Positions 28,596 through 38,788 of a stretch of DNA of 64,000 nt are shown here, in pieces. Source of the stretch: a virus (taxonomy: Duplodnaviria > Caudoviricetes); the IMG/VR virus record IMGVR_UViG_2882674194_000007, positions 1 to 64,000 of that record. The stretch is one strand, 5' to 3'. The notes beneath the pieces were generated by a model that made no database searches, was not told where the DNA came from, and was given only the letters and a program-made list of their open reading frames with translations. A program made the position numbers and the translations under genes. The stretch's first letter is position 1. Each line of letters opens with the position of its first letter.

Positions 28596-28784
28596 TTATT
28601 CTCTGTTTGAATAATAATCAGATAATAATTCAAACAATCTTTTTTCCTTTTTAAATTTCCAAGTTGTTATTCCGTTTTTATCTGTTTTTGCAAACAAAAA
28701 AGAGATTCCGTTATCAATTAGATAAAACATCTCTTTTCTATCTTGAGTCCCATATTCCCTATCTATTTTTTTCAAATAATACAC
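28596..28784 (-). CDS. Small DUF5659-like protein
   Basis: AAGGAG RBS; YL..NGISF...WKFKK...LF..L. Confidence 0.65.
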   Translation of the reverse strand: MYYLKKIDREYGTQDRKEMFYLIDNGISFLFAKTDKNGITTWKFKKEKRLFELLSDYYSNRE

Positions 28785-28799
28785 TACTCCTTAATTATT

Positions 28800-29264
28800 T
28801 TATAATGTTTCTTCAGTTACAACCTCAAAATCATTAACATTACTACGAGCAATTTCAAGCAATTCCTTGATTCGATTTTTAACTTTTGTTTCAAAAAGAA
28901 TAATTTGTGCCTGAGCATATAACTGTTTTGTAGTTAGCATAGTAGAATCCAATAAACCATCGGCAACTTTTGTTGCATCAATTTCAAGAGAAATCTCTAA
29001 ATTTTCATCAATTACGAATTCTTTATTATTAATATTATCAATAGTAACTACAACTGCGTTCTCGTCTTCACTAAGAATTGGATTTCCATTAGATACAATA
29101 AAACTTCCTTTAAATTCGATATCTGAGTATCTTAGAATCTGTGGCGTGTCTGCTAACATATCAATTTCCTGCTGTGCTGTTCTGATACTGTCACCCATCT
29201 CTAATGGTCTAATAACTGTTTTATATTTATTATCTAAAATACTTCTTTCTGGTAAAATTTTCAT
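28800..29264 (-). CDS. Hypothetical protein
   Basis: ORF coupled to upstream gene. Confidence 0.7.
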   Translation of the reverse strand: MKILPERSILDNKYKTVIRPLEMGDSIRTAQQEIDMLADTPQILRYSDIEFKGSFIVSNGNPILSEDENAVVVTIDNINNKEFVIDENLEISLEIDATKVADGLLDSTMLTTKQLYAQAQIILFETKVKNRIKELLEIARSNVNDFEVVTEETL

Positions 29265-29557
29265 GTTTCTTGTTCCTCTCTTTCATTTGAAACTACTTGG
29301 TTGTATGCATTTTTTATCTGAATTGTGAGATCATATAATACATCTTCATTTATCGTACAATCTAAATTTGACATATCAATATTAGGATCTGAAATTGTAA
29401 ATTCTAAGGTGCCATTATTTTTTGGTACAAATAAAACTTCAACATTGTTACTTAATAGAAGAGTAATAGAATCAATTTTCTTTCCGTTGTTGGATTTTAT
29501 AGTTCGCACTTGTCCAACTTTTAGACGTTCTTCTTCAATAGATAATCTACTTGCCAT
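29261..29557 (-). CDS. Hypothetical protein
   Basis: GGTGA RBS. Confidence 0.7.
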   Translation of the reverse strand: MASRLSIEEERLKVGQVRTIKSNNGKKIDSITLLLSNNVEVLFVPKNNGTLEFTISDPNIDMSNLDCTINEDVLYDLTIQIKNAYNQVVSNEREEQET

Positions 29558-29598
29558 TTATTCACCAACTTTCTTTTAGTAATTTCAAATTTGTATAA

Positions 29599-29681
29599 TG
29601 GGCAGAAGAGGATTCGAACCTCTGATGTTTCTAATGTACCTGATTTACAGTCAGGTGCAGTCGCCACTGTGCCACCTACCC
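29599..29681 (-). tRNA. tRNA-Tyr(GUA)
   Basis: GGGTAGG/TCTGCCC acceptor, CCTGA-CTGTAAA-TCAGG, AGAGG-TTCGAAT-CCTCT, A73. Confidence 0.92.
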
Positions 29682-29770
29682 ATGAAAATAGGAGAGTTCC
29701 GAAGACTCTCCTGAATATTCTGTCTTTCCAGAACGCCAGACTGTACTACAGTTCATTTGTTAATTATATA

Positions 29771-29864
29771 TTTCAATGCGCTGCGCAAGCCATATCAGGA
29801 ATCGAACCTGTAATTTCACCGTTAAGTGATGTTATGTCCATTTAACTAATGACACGCATTGAAA
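29771..29864 (-). ncRNA. tRNA-like RNA with shortened anticodon loop inside a 10-bp closing stem
   Basis: GTTA/TAAC D stem, TCAC-TTAACG-GTGA, CAGG-TTCGATT-CCTG; flanks TTTCAATGCG/CGCATTGAAA. Confidence 0.55.
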
Positions 29865-30029
29865 ATTAAAAGTCATCATTAATGCAGATGAGTACAAACA
29901 TCTCAACACTTATTATGGCAGTTGTCGTCCTGTTACGGAATTGGTTATTGCCGTTGATGCTTGTAAATAATAATTAATGTCTTTTCATATGCAAATAATT
30001 ATAATATAATATAAAGGGAGATTTAAAAT

Positions 30030-30641
30030 ATGAAAGAAATAATTATTTTTTGTAAAAACAATATAGATATCATATCAGCTATTCTGTCAGCAGCTATAAC
30101 TAGTTTAGCAGGATTTTTCGTTGCAAAATATACACATAATAAAAGTATCCAATTAGATAAATTAGAATACGTGTATGATGAAGTATATTATCCAATATAT
30201 AAATTTATTAATGATAAAAATAATTGCAATAATATATATTTAATAAAAAATTCAATAAAAATATATTTTGATGCGTACGAAAAATACTTAGATTTTTCCA
30301 CAATTAAAATTTACAAGGAATTATGCAATTGCTCTACTGAATCAAAACAAAAAAGGATATATAAAAGATTCTATAATAATATATATGATATGAACATATA
30401 TCTTAGAAAAAGACTTGGATATTTAGAACCTAATATATTCCAATTATATAAATATAGTTCCGCAAAAGATAAAGCACTATTTAACACAATTATTACATTA
30501 GCAATTACATACATCTTAATGATTTTTAGTGCTACTTTTTTTAAATTTTTGTCTTCTATTGCAGTTACATTCTTACTTATTTTTATAATTTTGCTTTTTA
30601 TTTGGTTTGTATTATTTTTATATGATAAATTTATCTCATAG
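30030..30641 (+). CDS. AT-rich cargo membrane protein
   Basis: N-terminal TM and two C-terminal TMs, opposite strand. Confidence 0.75.
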   Translation: MKEIIIFCKNNIDIISAILSAAITSLAGFFVAKYTHNKSIQLDKLEYVYDEVYYPIYKFINDKNNCNNIYLIKNSIKIYFDAYEKYLDFSTIKIYKELCNCSTESKQKRIYKRFYNNIYDMNIYLRKRLGYLEPNIFQLYKYSSAKDKALFNTIITLAITYILMIFSATFFKFLSSIAVTFLLIFIILLFIWFVLFLYDKFIS

Positions 30642-30682
30642 ATTTTTGACATAATATTTTGAATAAAATTGGAGTTTCAAGA

Positions 30683-31636
30683 CTAGAAAGTGAATTTATC
30701 TTTATTGTCCTTAACCTTCTTCTTATTAACAGTCAAATAATGTTTAACAGTAGTTTCTGTACTTTCATGATGTAAAAGTTCAGCAATGTCCTGAATATCC
30801 ATACCTAATTCCTTCAAGATATTACTACCTGAGTGGCGCAAGTCGTGATTATGGAGTGTGGGTACACCAATCATTTCACCAGCTTTTTTACACCAATCAT
30901 TAAGAGTACCATTGTTAATACATTCTTCTTCTGTAATATATGGTGTATACCATACCCATCCGTAGTCATTAATTTGCTTTTCTTCACGTTCTGATTTCAT
31001 TTTTCTCAAAAGTTCTTCGACTTCTTTAGAAAAATATAAATCTACGATTTTGCCTTCTTTTTCAAGCACATCTATACAAGTTCTTTCGTCTAAATCAACC
31101 TGTTCCCATCTCAGATGAGCCATAGCATTAACTCTTGCCATAGTAGATAAACCAAAGAAAATATATGTTTGAAGTTGAGTATCACCATATTCTGCTAATT
31201 TTTCTCGTAATTTATTTACTTGATCTACATTCAAAAATGTTTGTTTGATAACAGGCTGTCCTTGTTTTGGTCTTTCCAAAAATTCAGTAGGAGATTCTTT
31301 TATCAATTTCTTTTTCCTCAAAAATTTATAGAAAGCAGATATAGAAGACATAACACGTCTTTGTCTGGCAACGTTATTGCCTTCTTGCTTCCTAAAATAA
31401 AAATACTCATTCAAATCATCATCGGTTGCTTCCAATACAGATAAATTAAATTGATTATCATACATATAAACAAACCATTGATATAAATCTGATGTATATT
31501 GTTTTATGCTATTTGGTGATAGATCACGAATAGACATGTCTATTTGATATTTCTGAAATAATTTTAAAGTTTCAGGATTTGTATGTTCAATCTTTTCTTT
31601 GTCATATAAACAAATTCGTTTACTGCGTTCCGCCAT
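30683..31636 (-). CDS. Tyrosine recombinase (YomM/XerD-like)
   Basis: Catalytic R (MARVN), K (KEGK), HDLRH, LHH, Y (KHY). Confidence 0.9.
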   Translation of the reverse strand: MAERSKRICLYDKEKIEHTNPETLKLFQKYQIDMSIRDLSPNSIKQYTSDLYQWFVYMYDNQFNLSVLEATDDDLNEYFYFRKQEGNNVARQRRVMSSISAFYKFLRKKKLIKESPTEFLERPKQGQPVIKQTFLNVDQVNKLREKLAEYGDTQLQTYIFFGLSTMARVNAMAHLRWEQVDLDERTCIDVLEKEGKIVDLYFSKEVEELLRKMKSEREEKQINDYGWVWYTPYITEEECINNGTLNDWCKKAGEMIGVPTLHNHDLRHSGSNILKELGMDIQDIAELLHHESTETTVKHYLTVNKKKVKDNKDKFTF

Positions 31637-31792
31637 CTATTTCTCACTTCCTTCCGTCCAATAAGTAACCAGCCCCTTCACTGGTGGGTAAGTAATTTCA
31701 CTCCTTACAATTCTCTGAAAAGACTTGTTGCCGATGAAAGCGACAAGCCCTGCTTTATAAACTCTGATTAAGTATCTAACACTATATTTACA

Positions 31793-32416
31793 CTACCAAA
31801 AGAATCTCAATGGCAATGGACGATATGGAATACCCAACATATCAGACAATTCTCTCTGAAAATTCCTCCTCATATCACGAATAATCTTTTCTGCTTCATC
31901 AGTATCTAAACCGACTTTTACAGTAATACTATATCCAGAATCATCCAACTCATCTTCGGGGTCAGTTTCATTTAAATTTGTTTCGACATCATTATCATCT
32001 TCGTTGATACCCTCTAATTCTTCATTACCAATAGCAAACCAATCATGCTCTCCTAATGGCATACACTCATTATTCTGCATATCAATAAGTGCTTTACTAT
32101 TTACATCTTCATGAAATAATACATAACCCTCTGTAGCTACATATTTTTGCTTTTCAGGAAGATAACATTTTTCTACATTAACGTGCCAATTATCAGATTC
32201 CGCATCGTCGAATAATGATACAATATATTCTCTATCGTATTCTTCTTCATAATCAATATCGCAGCTATTGAGAATTACATTTTTATAATTGAGTAATTCA
32301 ACCATGATATCAGTAATCATCTGCTTATTTGCAATTACAGATACAAGGTTATTCTCATTGCCTAAATTGGCAAACATGTGAGATACTAAATCTTCAATAT
32401 TTTCAAAATTTAACAT
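31793..32416 (-). CDS. Acidic hypothetical protein
   Basis: AGGTGA RBS. Confidence 0.7.
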   Translation of the reverse strand: MLNFENIEDLVSHMFANLGNENNLVSVIANKQMITDIMVELLNYKNVILNSCDIDYEEEYDREYIVSLFDDAESDNWHVNVEKCYLPEKQKYVATEGYVLFHEDVNSKALIDMQNNECMPLGEHDWFAIGNEELEGINEDDNDVETNLNETDPEDELDDSGYSITVKVGLDTDEAEKIIRDMRRNFQRELSDMLGIPYRPLPLRFFW

Positions 32417-32438
32417 ATATATCACCTACCAATTCAGA

Positions 32439-32714
32439 TTAAGCCTTTACAGCTTCCTTCAATGCTTTACCAGCCTTAAATTTGGGAGATTTAGATGCTG
32501 CAATGGTAATTGCTTCCCCTGTAGCCGGATTTCGCCCCTGACGTTCTGCACGTTCTGTAACTTCAAATGTACCAAAACCTGTAATGGAAACTTTATCTCC
32601 GTCAACCAATGTATCAGCAACGATATTAGTAAAGGTAGTCAGTGCCTTTTCTGCATCCTTTTTAGAAAGTTCTGCTTTCTCAGCCATAGCTGAGATCAAT
32701 TCTGTTTTGTTCAT
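32439..32714 (-). CDS. hup: DNA-binding protein HU
   Basis: MNKTELI...GFGTF...GRNPATG...PKFKAGKALK. Confidence 0.95.
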   Translation of the reverse strand: MNKTELISAMAEKAELSKKDAEKALTTFTNIVADTLVDGDKVSITGFGTFEVTERAERQGRNPATGEAITIAASKSPKFKAGKALKEAVKA

Positions 32715-32912
32715 ATATTTTAATTTCCTTTCGTTTTCAATACTATTTTTAGTTAATGCGACATGGTAGTGACACCATATCGCTTCATCAAAACGGACTA
32801 CTCAAAAGTAGAAGAGTAGTCCTGTTCTCCATAGTCACTTATGCACATATAAAATAGAAAAACTGTGTCACTCGTACACAGTCTACTTTGTCATGAAATT
32901 AGTATTTTGTTG

Positions 32913-34157
32913 CTAATTCAAAATAAATTTGTATGTTTCTATGTGTCCGTATGTACTATCAAATCCATATATTTTAACAGCAGCTTTGCTACCTTTCATA
33001 ATAGAATCACTATAAGGATCGCTACCAACGAAAGAAGGACTTACCAATATTTCCGTATCATTACAACATCCTTCAAAACTAGGAATTTCCTTACCAGAAT
33101 GAAAATGTCCTAATAATAGATAATCAATAAAGCTTCGTCTCATCATACTTAAATCACGTATAGAATTTTCTATATTTTTTAACTGATGTCCATGCATAGC
33201 AATAATTTCATTTCCCATAATTGGAATTTCTATGTATTGTTTGCCTTCTTCAGCCAAATGAACAGAAATTCTTTTATTACCAATACATAAGTCTTTTATA
33301 TAATTTCCAATAAGATATTCTAAATCCTCATCTGCAATTTCACTTGCTTTAGTTCCTAATGGACGTAATTGACTATGATTTGCCGAAGGGGTATGATAGT
33401 ATTCAATTTTTGTATACACAGATAATTCTCTTAAAAATAATGCGATTAACCTACTAATCTCCACAGTAGATCTAACAATGGTAGAATCGTTAATTTTTAA
33501 ATCACTAACACGTAAAATTCCCTGTACCATATCGCCCAATGAAGCTATATGAAGTTTTGTTACTTTATGTTTTTGAATGAATTCAATAACATATCCAGAT
33601 AAATTTTCAAATCGTTCTTTTACGATTTCTGGTGAATATTCATTATTTTCACTTTTAAATTTTGCACCATAATGGATGTCTGCAAGAGACATGATATATC
33701 CTAATTCGTTTCCTGCTGAATCATAATATAGTGGCTGAAATTCTGGAAGTGGAAGAGCGGTACAAACATTACCAACATATTCATAATACATTTCTTGACG
33801 AGATTCATTTCTATCTACACGGTTCCGCTCTATATTGGCAGTCTGCAATTTCATACGTTCTTTTCGCATATCTGCAATTTTCTTATCTAATTCTTTCTCT
33901 CTTGAAAATTCTTCTGGATTGGTATAGATTTGATTTTTAAGATATTCTGTTCTAAACTGACCGCCAAAGATAGTAGAAGATGCCTTGCGAATTGTATCTG
34001 AATTGCAGGTAATATTATATTTTGCTTGGATCTCTGCCCAATCAAGATCGTTATTTCCTTCTAATTTATCAGAAATATCCTTACATACCTTTTCATATGT
34101 ATCAGTAGTTAATCCATACTTTGCTAATTCTTCATTAAAATTATACAGAGTAGTCAC
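32913..34157 (-). CDS. Calcineurin-like metallophosphoesterase (YonJ-like)
   Basis: DIHYG, LGD, ANH, HGH, GHFH motifs. Confidence 0.85.
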   Translation of the reverse strand: MTTLYNFNEELAKYGLTTDTYEKVCKDISDKLEGNNDLDWAEIQAKYNITCNSDTIRKASSTIFGGQFRTEYLKNQIYTNPEEFSREKELDKKIADMRKERMKLQTANIERNRVDRNESRQEMYYEYVGNVCTALPLPEFQPLYYDSAGNELGYIMSLADIHYGAKFKSENNEYSPEIVKERFENLSGYVIEFIQKHKVTKLHIASLGDMVQGILRVSDLKINDSTIVRSTVEISRLIALFLRELSVYTKIEYYHTPSANHSQLRPLGTKASEIADEDLEYLIGNYIKDLCIGNKRISVHLAEEGKQYIEIPIMGNEIIAMHGHQLKNIENSIRDLSMMRRSFIDYLLLGHFHSGKEIPSFEGCCNDTEILVSPSFVGSDPYSDSIMKGSKAAVKIYGFDSTYGHIETYKFILN

Positions 34158-34164
34158 CTACTTT

Positions 34165-34377
34165 CTATTCTTCATCAAACATCGAACTAGAAATTGGAGC
34201 AGCTCCACCTAATTTAAGATCAATAGCCTGTCCAACATACTGTTTAAACATATTTACAATACTAATAGGAGCGTCAAATGCTTCCTCATTCACTAAAACT
34301 AATTCGCCATTGATTTCCTCAACTCTTGCACCTACAATATTTTCAATTGTTTGGTGTGTATTATCTAATTTTGCCAT
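34165..34377 (-). CDS. YonK-like small protein
   Basis: Size and position upstream of YonJ-like gene. Confidence 0.5.
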   Translation of the reverse strand: MAKLDNTHQTIENIVGARVEEINGELVLVNEEAFDAPISIVNMFKQYVGQAIDLKLGGAAPISSSMFDEE

Positions 34378-34497
34378 TTGAAATCTTCCTTTCATTTATG
34401 CTTTTTTATTATCAATTTGTTATATGTTTACATATGGTGGGCTATTGACGATGAGCCTAGCAACGGAGGACTGTTTGTACTAAACAGACAAAATGAA

Positions 34498-34580
34498 TTG
34501 CTGAAAGCACAGGAGTCGAACCTGCTATCACAAAGGTTATGAGCCTTGTATGGTTTATATATCCGTTCCACTCGCCAGCA
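34498..34580 (-). tRNA. Degenerate tRNA with CAU anticodon (Met or Ile2)
   Basis: Loop CTCATAA, GCAGG-TTCGACT-CCTGT; long D loop, acceptor mismatch and extra nucleotides. Confidence 0.6.
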
Positions 34581-34581
34581 G

Positions 34582-34656
34582 TTGGGAATCAGGGACTTGA
34601 ACCCTGGACAAACATGCTTTATAAGAACACCGCTCTACCAACTGAGCTAATTCCCA
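34582..34656 (-). tRNA. tRNA-Ile(UAU)
   Basis: TGGGAAT/ATTCCCA acceptor, GCTC/GAGC D stem, loop CT-TAT-AA (anticodon 34621-34623), CAGGG-TTCAAGT-CCCTG, A73. Confidence 0.85.
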
Positions 34657-35247
34657 AAAGAACAAATGACGATACTGCTAGAATAGCAGCACCGCCACCT
34701 GTGACAGAAATGAGAAATAAAATTATGAAATAAAGAATTCTCAAATATCAGATGCTTAAAACAGAACTGGAATATCTTCTGTAATCTCAATCAATTTGTT
34801 ATCAGTAAAATACTGATATGAATTAAATCTATAATTTGAAATTATATTGTTCAAAAATTTTCTTTTACCACTAAAGAAATAATATTTTCAGCTTTCTACT
34901 CATTTAAGAGATAAAGAATTTTCAGTTCTAATAAAATTAGCATACAAAAACTCCGATTTAATGCCACTACAGGGCAAACTTAGTATGCTGGCATTTGTGC
35001 GATGCAATATACACACCCTTATGCATTCTTATTTACACAAACAAGTTTTTTACCACAGCCTCATGTGTGTAATTATTATTGGCTGAGGCTTATGACGAAG
35101 TAATTGTGTGCAACAGGACAGTATTCTCAAATCCTGTAATTGACAAAATAGAATAGAAGATAAATTTTATTGACACATTACTTTGTTTTCCATACTTGAT
35201 ATATAACACCATAAAAATGTCTATAAATACTAAGATTACAATAAAAA

Positions 35248-36120
35248 CTAAGATTTTTTATTTTCTCGCTTCCTATCTTTATACTTTTTATCTGACTTTC
35301 TATTTGATTCTTTTTTAGATAGTTCTGCACATTTATCACAATATAATCGCTTATTTCCTGTTTTTTCTATTAAAGAGCCACATTGTTTACAACGAGAATA
35401 AATATTTCCATGTCCACGCCTTACACCATAGTATTCCTTTTGGTAATTTTTAAAGTAGTTCTCCAATGTTCTGCATATATATCCAACATAGAAGTGATCC
35501 TCAGTTAAAAAATCCAACATTGTATTTATCTTGGTCTTATCTTCATATTCTCCAATAAGTTTGCAATTATCAAAGCATCTCTTCAAAAATTCTTCAACAA
35601 CATTTTTATATTCATTCCAAGACAAAGACATTTTTTCTTTTTGCAACTTTATTTTAACTTTTTGAGCATTATCTATTGCATTATCTATAAGTTCTGTAAC
35701 AGTATAAGTATCCATATCAATTCCAGAAATCCATTGATAATACAATTTTTTTGGTGTCTTTAATAAATCCATATATTCTTTGCTTAAAATAACTTCTTTA
35801 TCAAAGTATCGAGTGTATATATTATTTATCTTTTGTCTGATAATAGAGCACCAATTTTCATCTTTTGTCATTGATTTATAATATGTATATTCAATATCTG
35901 ACCAAGCATCAAAAGCTTGTCCAAGTTCTGTTTGTAACAAATCTTTTCTAACATTAAACCTTATTGACTTTTTATATATTCTCCGTTTATTATCAGAAGA
36001 CCAGATAGAAGAGCAGAATGAGTGAAAAATCTCATTCTTTTCTTCTTCTGTTTTGGTTTCTTTATAATTTTCTATGATTTCATATAAAAATGAATCATCA
36101 CATTCGTATATATGTATCAC
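35248..36120 (-). CDS. Hypothetical protein with C-terminal zinc ribbon, coupled to the RNAP gene
   Basis: CKQCG...YCDKC plus basic tail; overlaps YonO-like gene end. Confidence 0.75.
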   Translation of the reverse strand: MIHIYECDDSFLYEIIENYKETKTEEEKNEIFHSFCSSIWSSDNKRRIYKKSIRFNVRKDLLQTELGQAFDAWSDIEYTYYKSMTKDENWCSIIRQKINNIYTRYFDKEVILSKEYMDLLKTPKKLYYQWISGIDMDTYTVTELIDNAIDNAQKVKIKLQKEKMSLSWNEYKNVVEEFLKRCFDNCKLIGEYEDKTKINTMLDFLTEDHFYVGYICRTLENYFKNYQKEYYGVRRGHGNIYSRCKQCGSLIEKTGNKRLYCDKCAELSKKESNRKSDKKYKDRKRENKKS

Positions 36121-38788
36121 CTACCTCAAATTCATAATATTTACCAAGATATTCATAAGAATCATTGGTTTTATATGGAACCTCTTGTATTGAAACATTT
36201 CTTTTTGGATTTGTATTAATCCTTAAATTATCAATGATATAATCACCATAACCAGCCCATGCGAAGGATTTACTGATAGAAATAGAAGAGTACGAAACTT
36301 TAATTACATAGTTTGCAATCAATTCTTCATCTATTTGTAATTCATTTAATATACGCTTTCTATATTCTGTAACAATAGCATTCATATTAAACTTATGATT
36401 CTCATCATCTGACTTTTCTCTACGAAGCTTTATGTGCCTTCTAATTTCATCAGCATATTGATTAATATATCTTCTACATATCTTCATTATTTTTTTATCA
36501 GATAAATCCAGATCATTATTGATAATCAAGCATCGGGTATCAACCAAGTTATTTACATCATTATCCCAAAGAATATTTTTCTTCTCCCATGTGCAAATAT
36601 AGTCACATAATTCATTCATAGGAGAGGGAGAGTGATAAGCATTTAATTTTACTTTATCCTCTTTATTCTCTGTCTGCTTATTTTTTTCTAATAAAGTCTT
36701 ATATGTTTTAAGCTTTGAAGGATAATTGTAAAGCAAAAAATATGGAAGTTGCTTTAAATGTTTTCTCAATCCGCTGTTCATGTGCCAACGAAATCCCGTT
36801 TTTAAAAAGTCGATTTCTTTTCCTTGGTAGCATCTAAGTAATGAAGCATAGTTAGAATACAAAGTCTTTATCTCTTCATTGGTTGTATATCTGTTTTCAA
36901 TACTTGTCGCTACATTAGTAATTTCTCCGATCCTGTTATCTCTTGTCATAACCTCATATTCTATAATATTTTCTTTTGTGTATGGTTTTGATTGTGCTGT
37001 TACTTTATCCTCTATATCAAGAATGATATGTTTTTCAATCTTAGATTCAATAATTATGGGTTCATCACATAATAAAAATATATCTCCGTCACAGTCGGCT
37101 CCTCCTTGTTGTGGAAGAGATACATCATACATATTGAACATCACAATATCCTGATCTTTGAAATATCCAAACCATCTGTTGATAATATCATTCTTGACAA
37201 TTTTAACTTTGTTTACCTCTGAAGGATCTACTAATGGGGAGCGAAGTGAAATAATATCTCCACAATCAAAATTACCACTATATATTTCTCTTTCACCCAA
37301 ACAACCAACAGGTTTCATATCAACGGCATATTGTAAATATCCAATCATATCGCCAACACCTGTGTGATAAAATCCTGAACAATAAATTTTCCCGACTTTT
37401 GCCTCGTCAATGGATTTCTTCAGCTTTCGATATATAAACTGTTTTACTGCTGGATCTTTTAACATGACATCATTGATTAAGGCAGCTTCAAGATATTTAC
37501 TTTCTGGCTCATAACCATAAGTATCCATAATTCCCATGAACTTATAAGTATAAAATTTATCCCCTTTTATTATTTTTTCAAATAGAGAAGTAGTATACTT
37601 TGCTAAAGTCACAATTTTACCATCATTATTACTGTCAAGGATATCATAGTTGCCCACAGATTTATTTTCATAAGCATCAATGTACTTTTGATTCCATAAA
37701 TCCAAGCATTGTAAATACTGGAAATTCATCCTTGTATATTTGTTTAGATGTTTTACATGATGACTATATTTGCTGATCCCCAATTTAAACTTATATTTCC
37801 TAACGGTATTCATATATTCAACCCAAGCATTATCACCATACTTTTCTTTAAAAATCTTGTGACCTTTGAACATAGAAATATTCCAAATACAATCAACCAT
37901 ACTGATATGGTGCTTTGTACCATAAATATCTGTAATGTATTCGTATCCCCATTCTTTAAGAATCTGCCTAAATGGAACATAAACAGAATACCCTTTAACA
38001 AATGGTAAACGTACCTGTGTCCCGATAACATTATAATCAAGCCCTAATTGTGCGCTGACATTTTCCATAAAACCATGCTCATGACAACCACACCCGTCAA
38101 AAGGAGAAATTTTTAAATCTTTATATCCTTCTTCGATTTCTCTTGACTTATATTTTTTTGTTTTGCCAGTTTCCTTATCTACAAATTCTTTTTCCCTTTC
38201 GACAACATACTTGATTAATTGGTTCTGAAGAGTTTTCTCGTACTCTCTAATAATTACGATATTTGGCATATAATCTCTGATAAGAGTACAGGAGCTAAAT
38301 GGTAAACATCTTTGTGCTTCATACTTTGAGATTACACACTCATCAATTTCGATATCCATCTGTGTAATCATATATAATTCATCAAAAATTGAATCACATA
38401 CAAAAGCAGTAATTCCATCTTTACCTTGTGAAGCTGATTTTCCAAAACGAGTATAATGAATACCGTTATATGTAAAACCTTTATCTAAAATATGTCTCAA
38501 ATCTTTTTCTTGCTTTGGATTTTTCTTAGCTACAACAAGAATAATTTCGTCTATATGTGAAGAAAATTTTCCACGCAATCTCTCAATTTGATCAAATAAA
38601 GGGGAAGCACCTTGAGCGATAAGATATTCTTCTTTTATTTCTTTTTCTCTGCTGACAATTGCACTAAAGTTTTGCTTGATAAGTTCCCTGATTGGAATTT
38701 TTACAAGTGTATATTGAGTTGTTTCTATCTCACGTTCCTCCTCACTAAACATATTTAATTGCTTCATTATAAAAGTCTTTTGCGACAT
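36098..38788 (-). CDS. yonO: YonO-like single-subunit RNA polymerase (double-psi barrel, QDE-1/RdRP-related)
   Basis: DGCG, QVR..FVKG, LRSP, GGADCDGD (DxDGD), IDFLKTG motifs; SPbeta-like context. Confidence 0.88.
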   Translation of the reverse strand: MSQKTFIMKQLNMFSEEEREIETTQYTLVKIPIRELIKQNFSAIVSREKEIKEEYLIAQGASPLFDQIERLRGKFSSHIDEIILVVAKKNPKQEKDLRHILDKGFTYNGIHYTRFGKSASQGKDGITAFVCDSIFDELYMITQMDIEIDECVISKYEAQRCLPFSSCTLIRDYMPNIVIIREYEKTLQNQLIKYVVEREKEFVDKETGKTKKYKSREIEEGYKDLKISPFDGCGCHEHGFMENVSAQLGLDYNVIGTQVRLPFVKGYSVYVPFRQILKEWGYEYITDIYGTKHHISMVDCIWNISMFKGHKIFKEKYGDNAWVEYMNTVRKYKFKLGISKYSHHVKHLNKYTRMNFQYLQCLDLWNQKYIDAYENKSVGNYDILDSNNDGKIVTLAKYTTSLFEKIIKGDKFYTYKFMGIMDTYGYEPESKYLEAALINDVMLKDPAVKQFIYRKLKKSIDEAKVGKIYCSGFYHTGVGDMIGYLQYAVDMKPVGCLGEREIYSGNFDCGDIISLRSPLVDPSEVNKVKIVKNDIINRWFGYFKDQDIVMFNMYDVSLPQQGGADCDGDIFLLCDEPIIIESKIEKHIILDIEDKVTAQSKPYTKENIIEYEVMTRDNRIGEITNVATSIENRYTTNEEIKTLYSNYASLLRCYQGKEIDFLKTGFRWHMNSGLRKHLKQLPYFLLYNYPSKLKTYKTLLEKNKQTENKEDKVKLNAYHSPSPMNELCDYICTWEKKNILWDNDVNNLVDTRCLIINNDLDLSDKKIMKICRRYINQYADEIRRHIKLRREKSDDENHKFNMNAIVTEYRKRILNELQIDEELIANYVIKVSYSSISISKSFAWAGYGDYIIDNLRINTNPKRNVSIQEVPYKTNDSYEYLGKYYEFEVGDTYIRM

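Noticed and set aside
30683-31636. Prophage integrase marking an att boundary
   Set aside because: Phage genes continue on both sides; no att duplication or host genes
34400-34497. Theta/HDV-like ribozyme downstream of tRNAs
   Set aside because: Hairpins are present but I could not build the nested double pseudoknot here or after the other tRNAs
36098-38788. RNA-dependent RNA polymerase or reverse transcriptase system
   Set aside because: DxDGD double-psi-barrel motifs and SPbeta-like context indicate a YonO-type DNA-dependent RNAP; no YxDD RT motif
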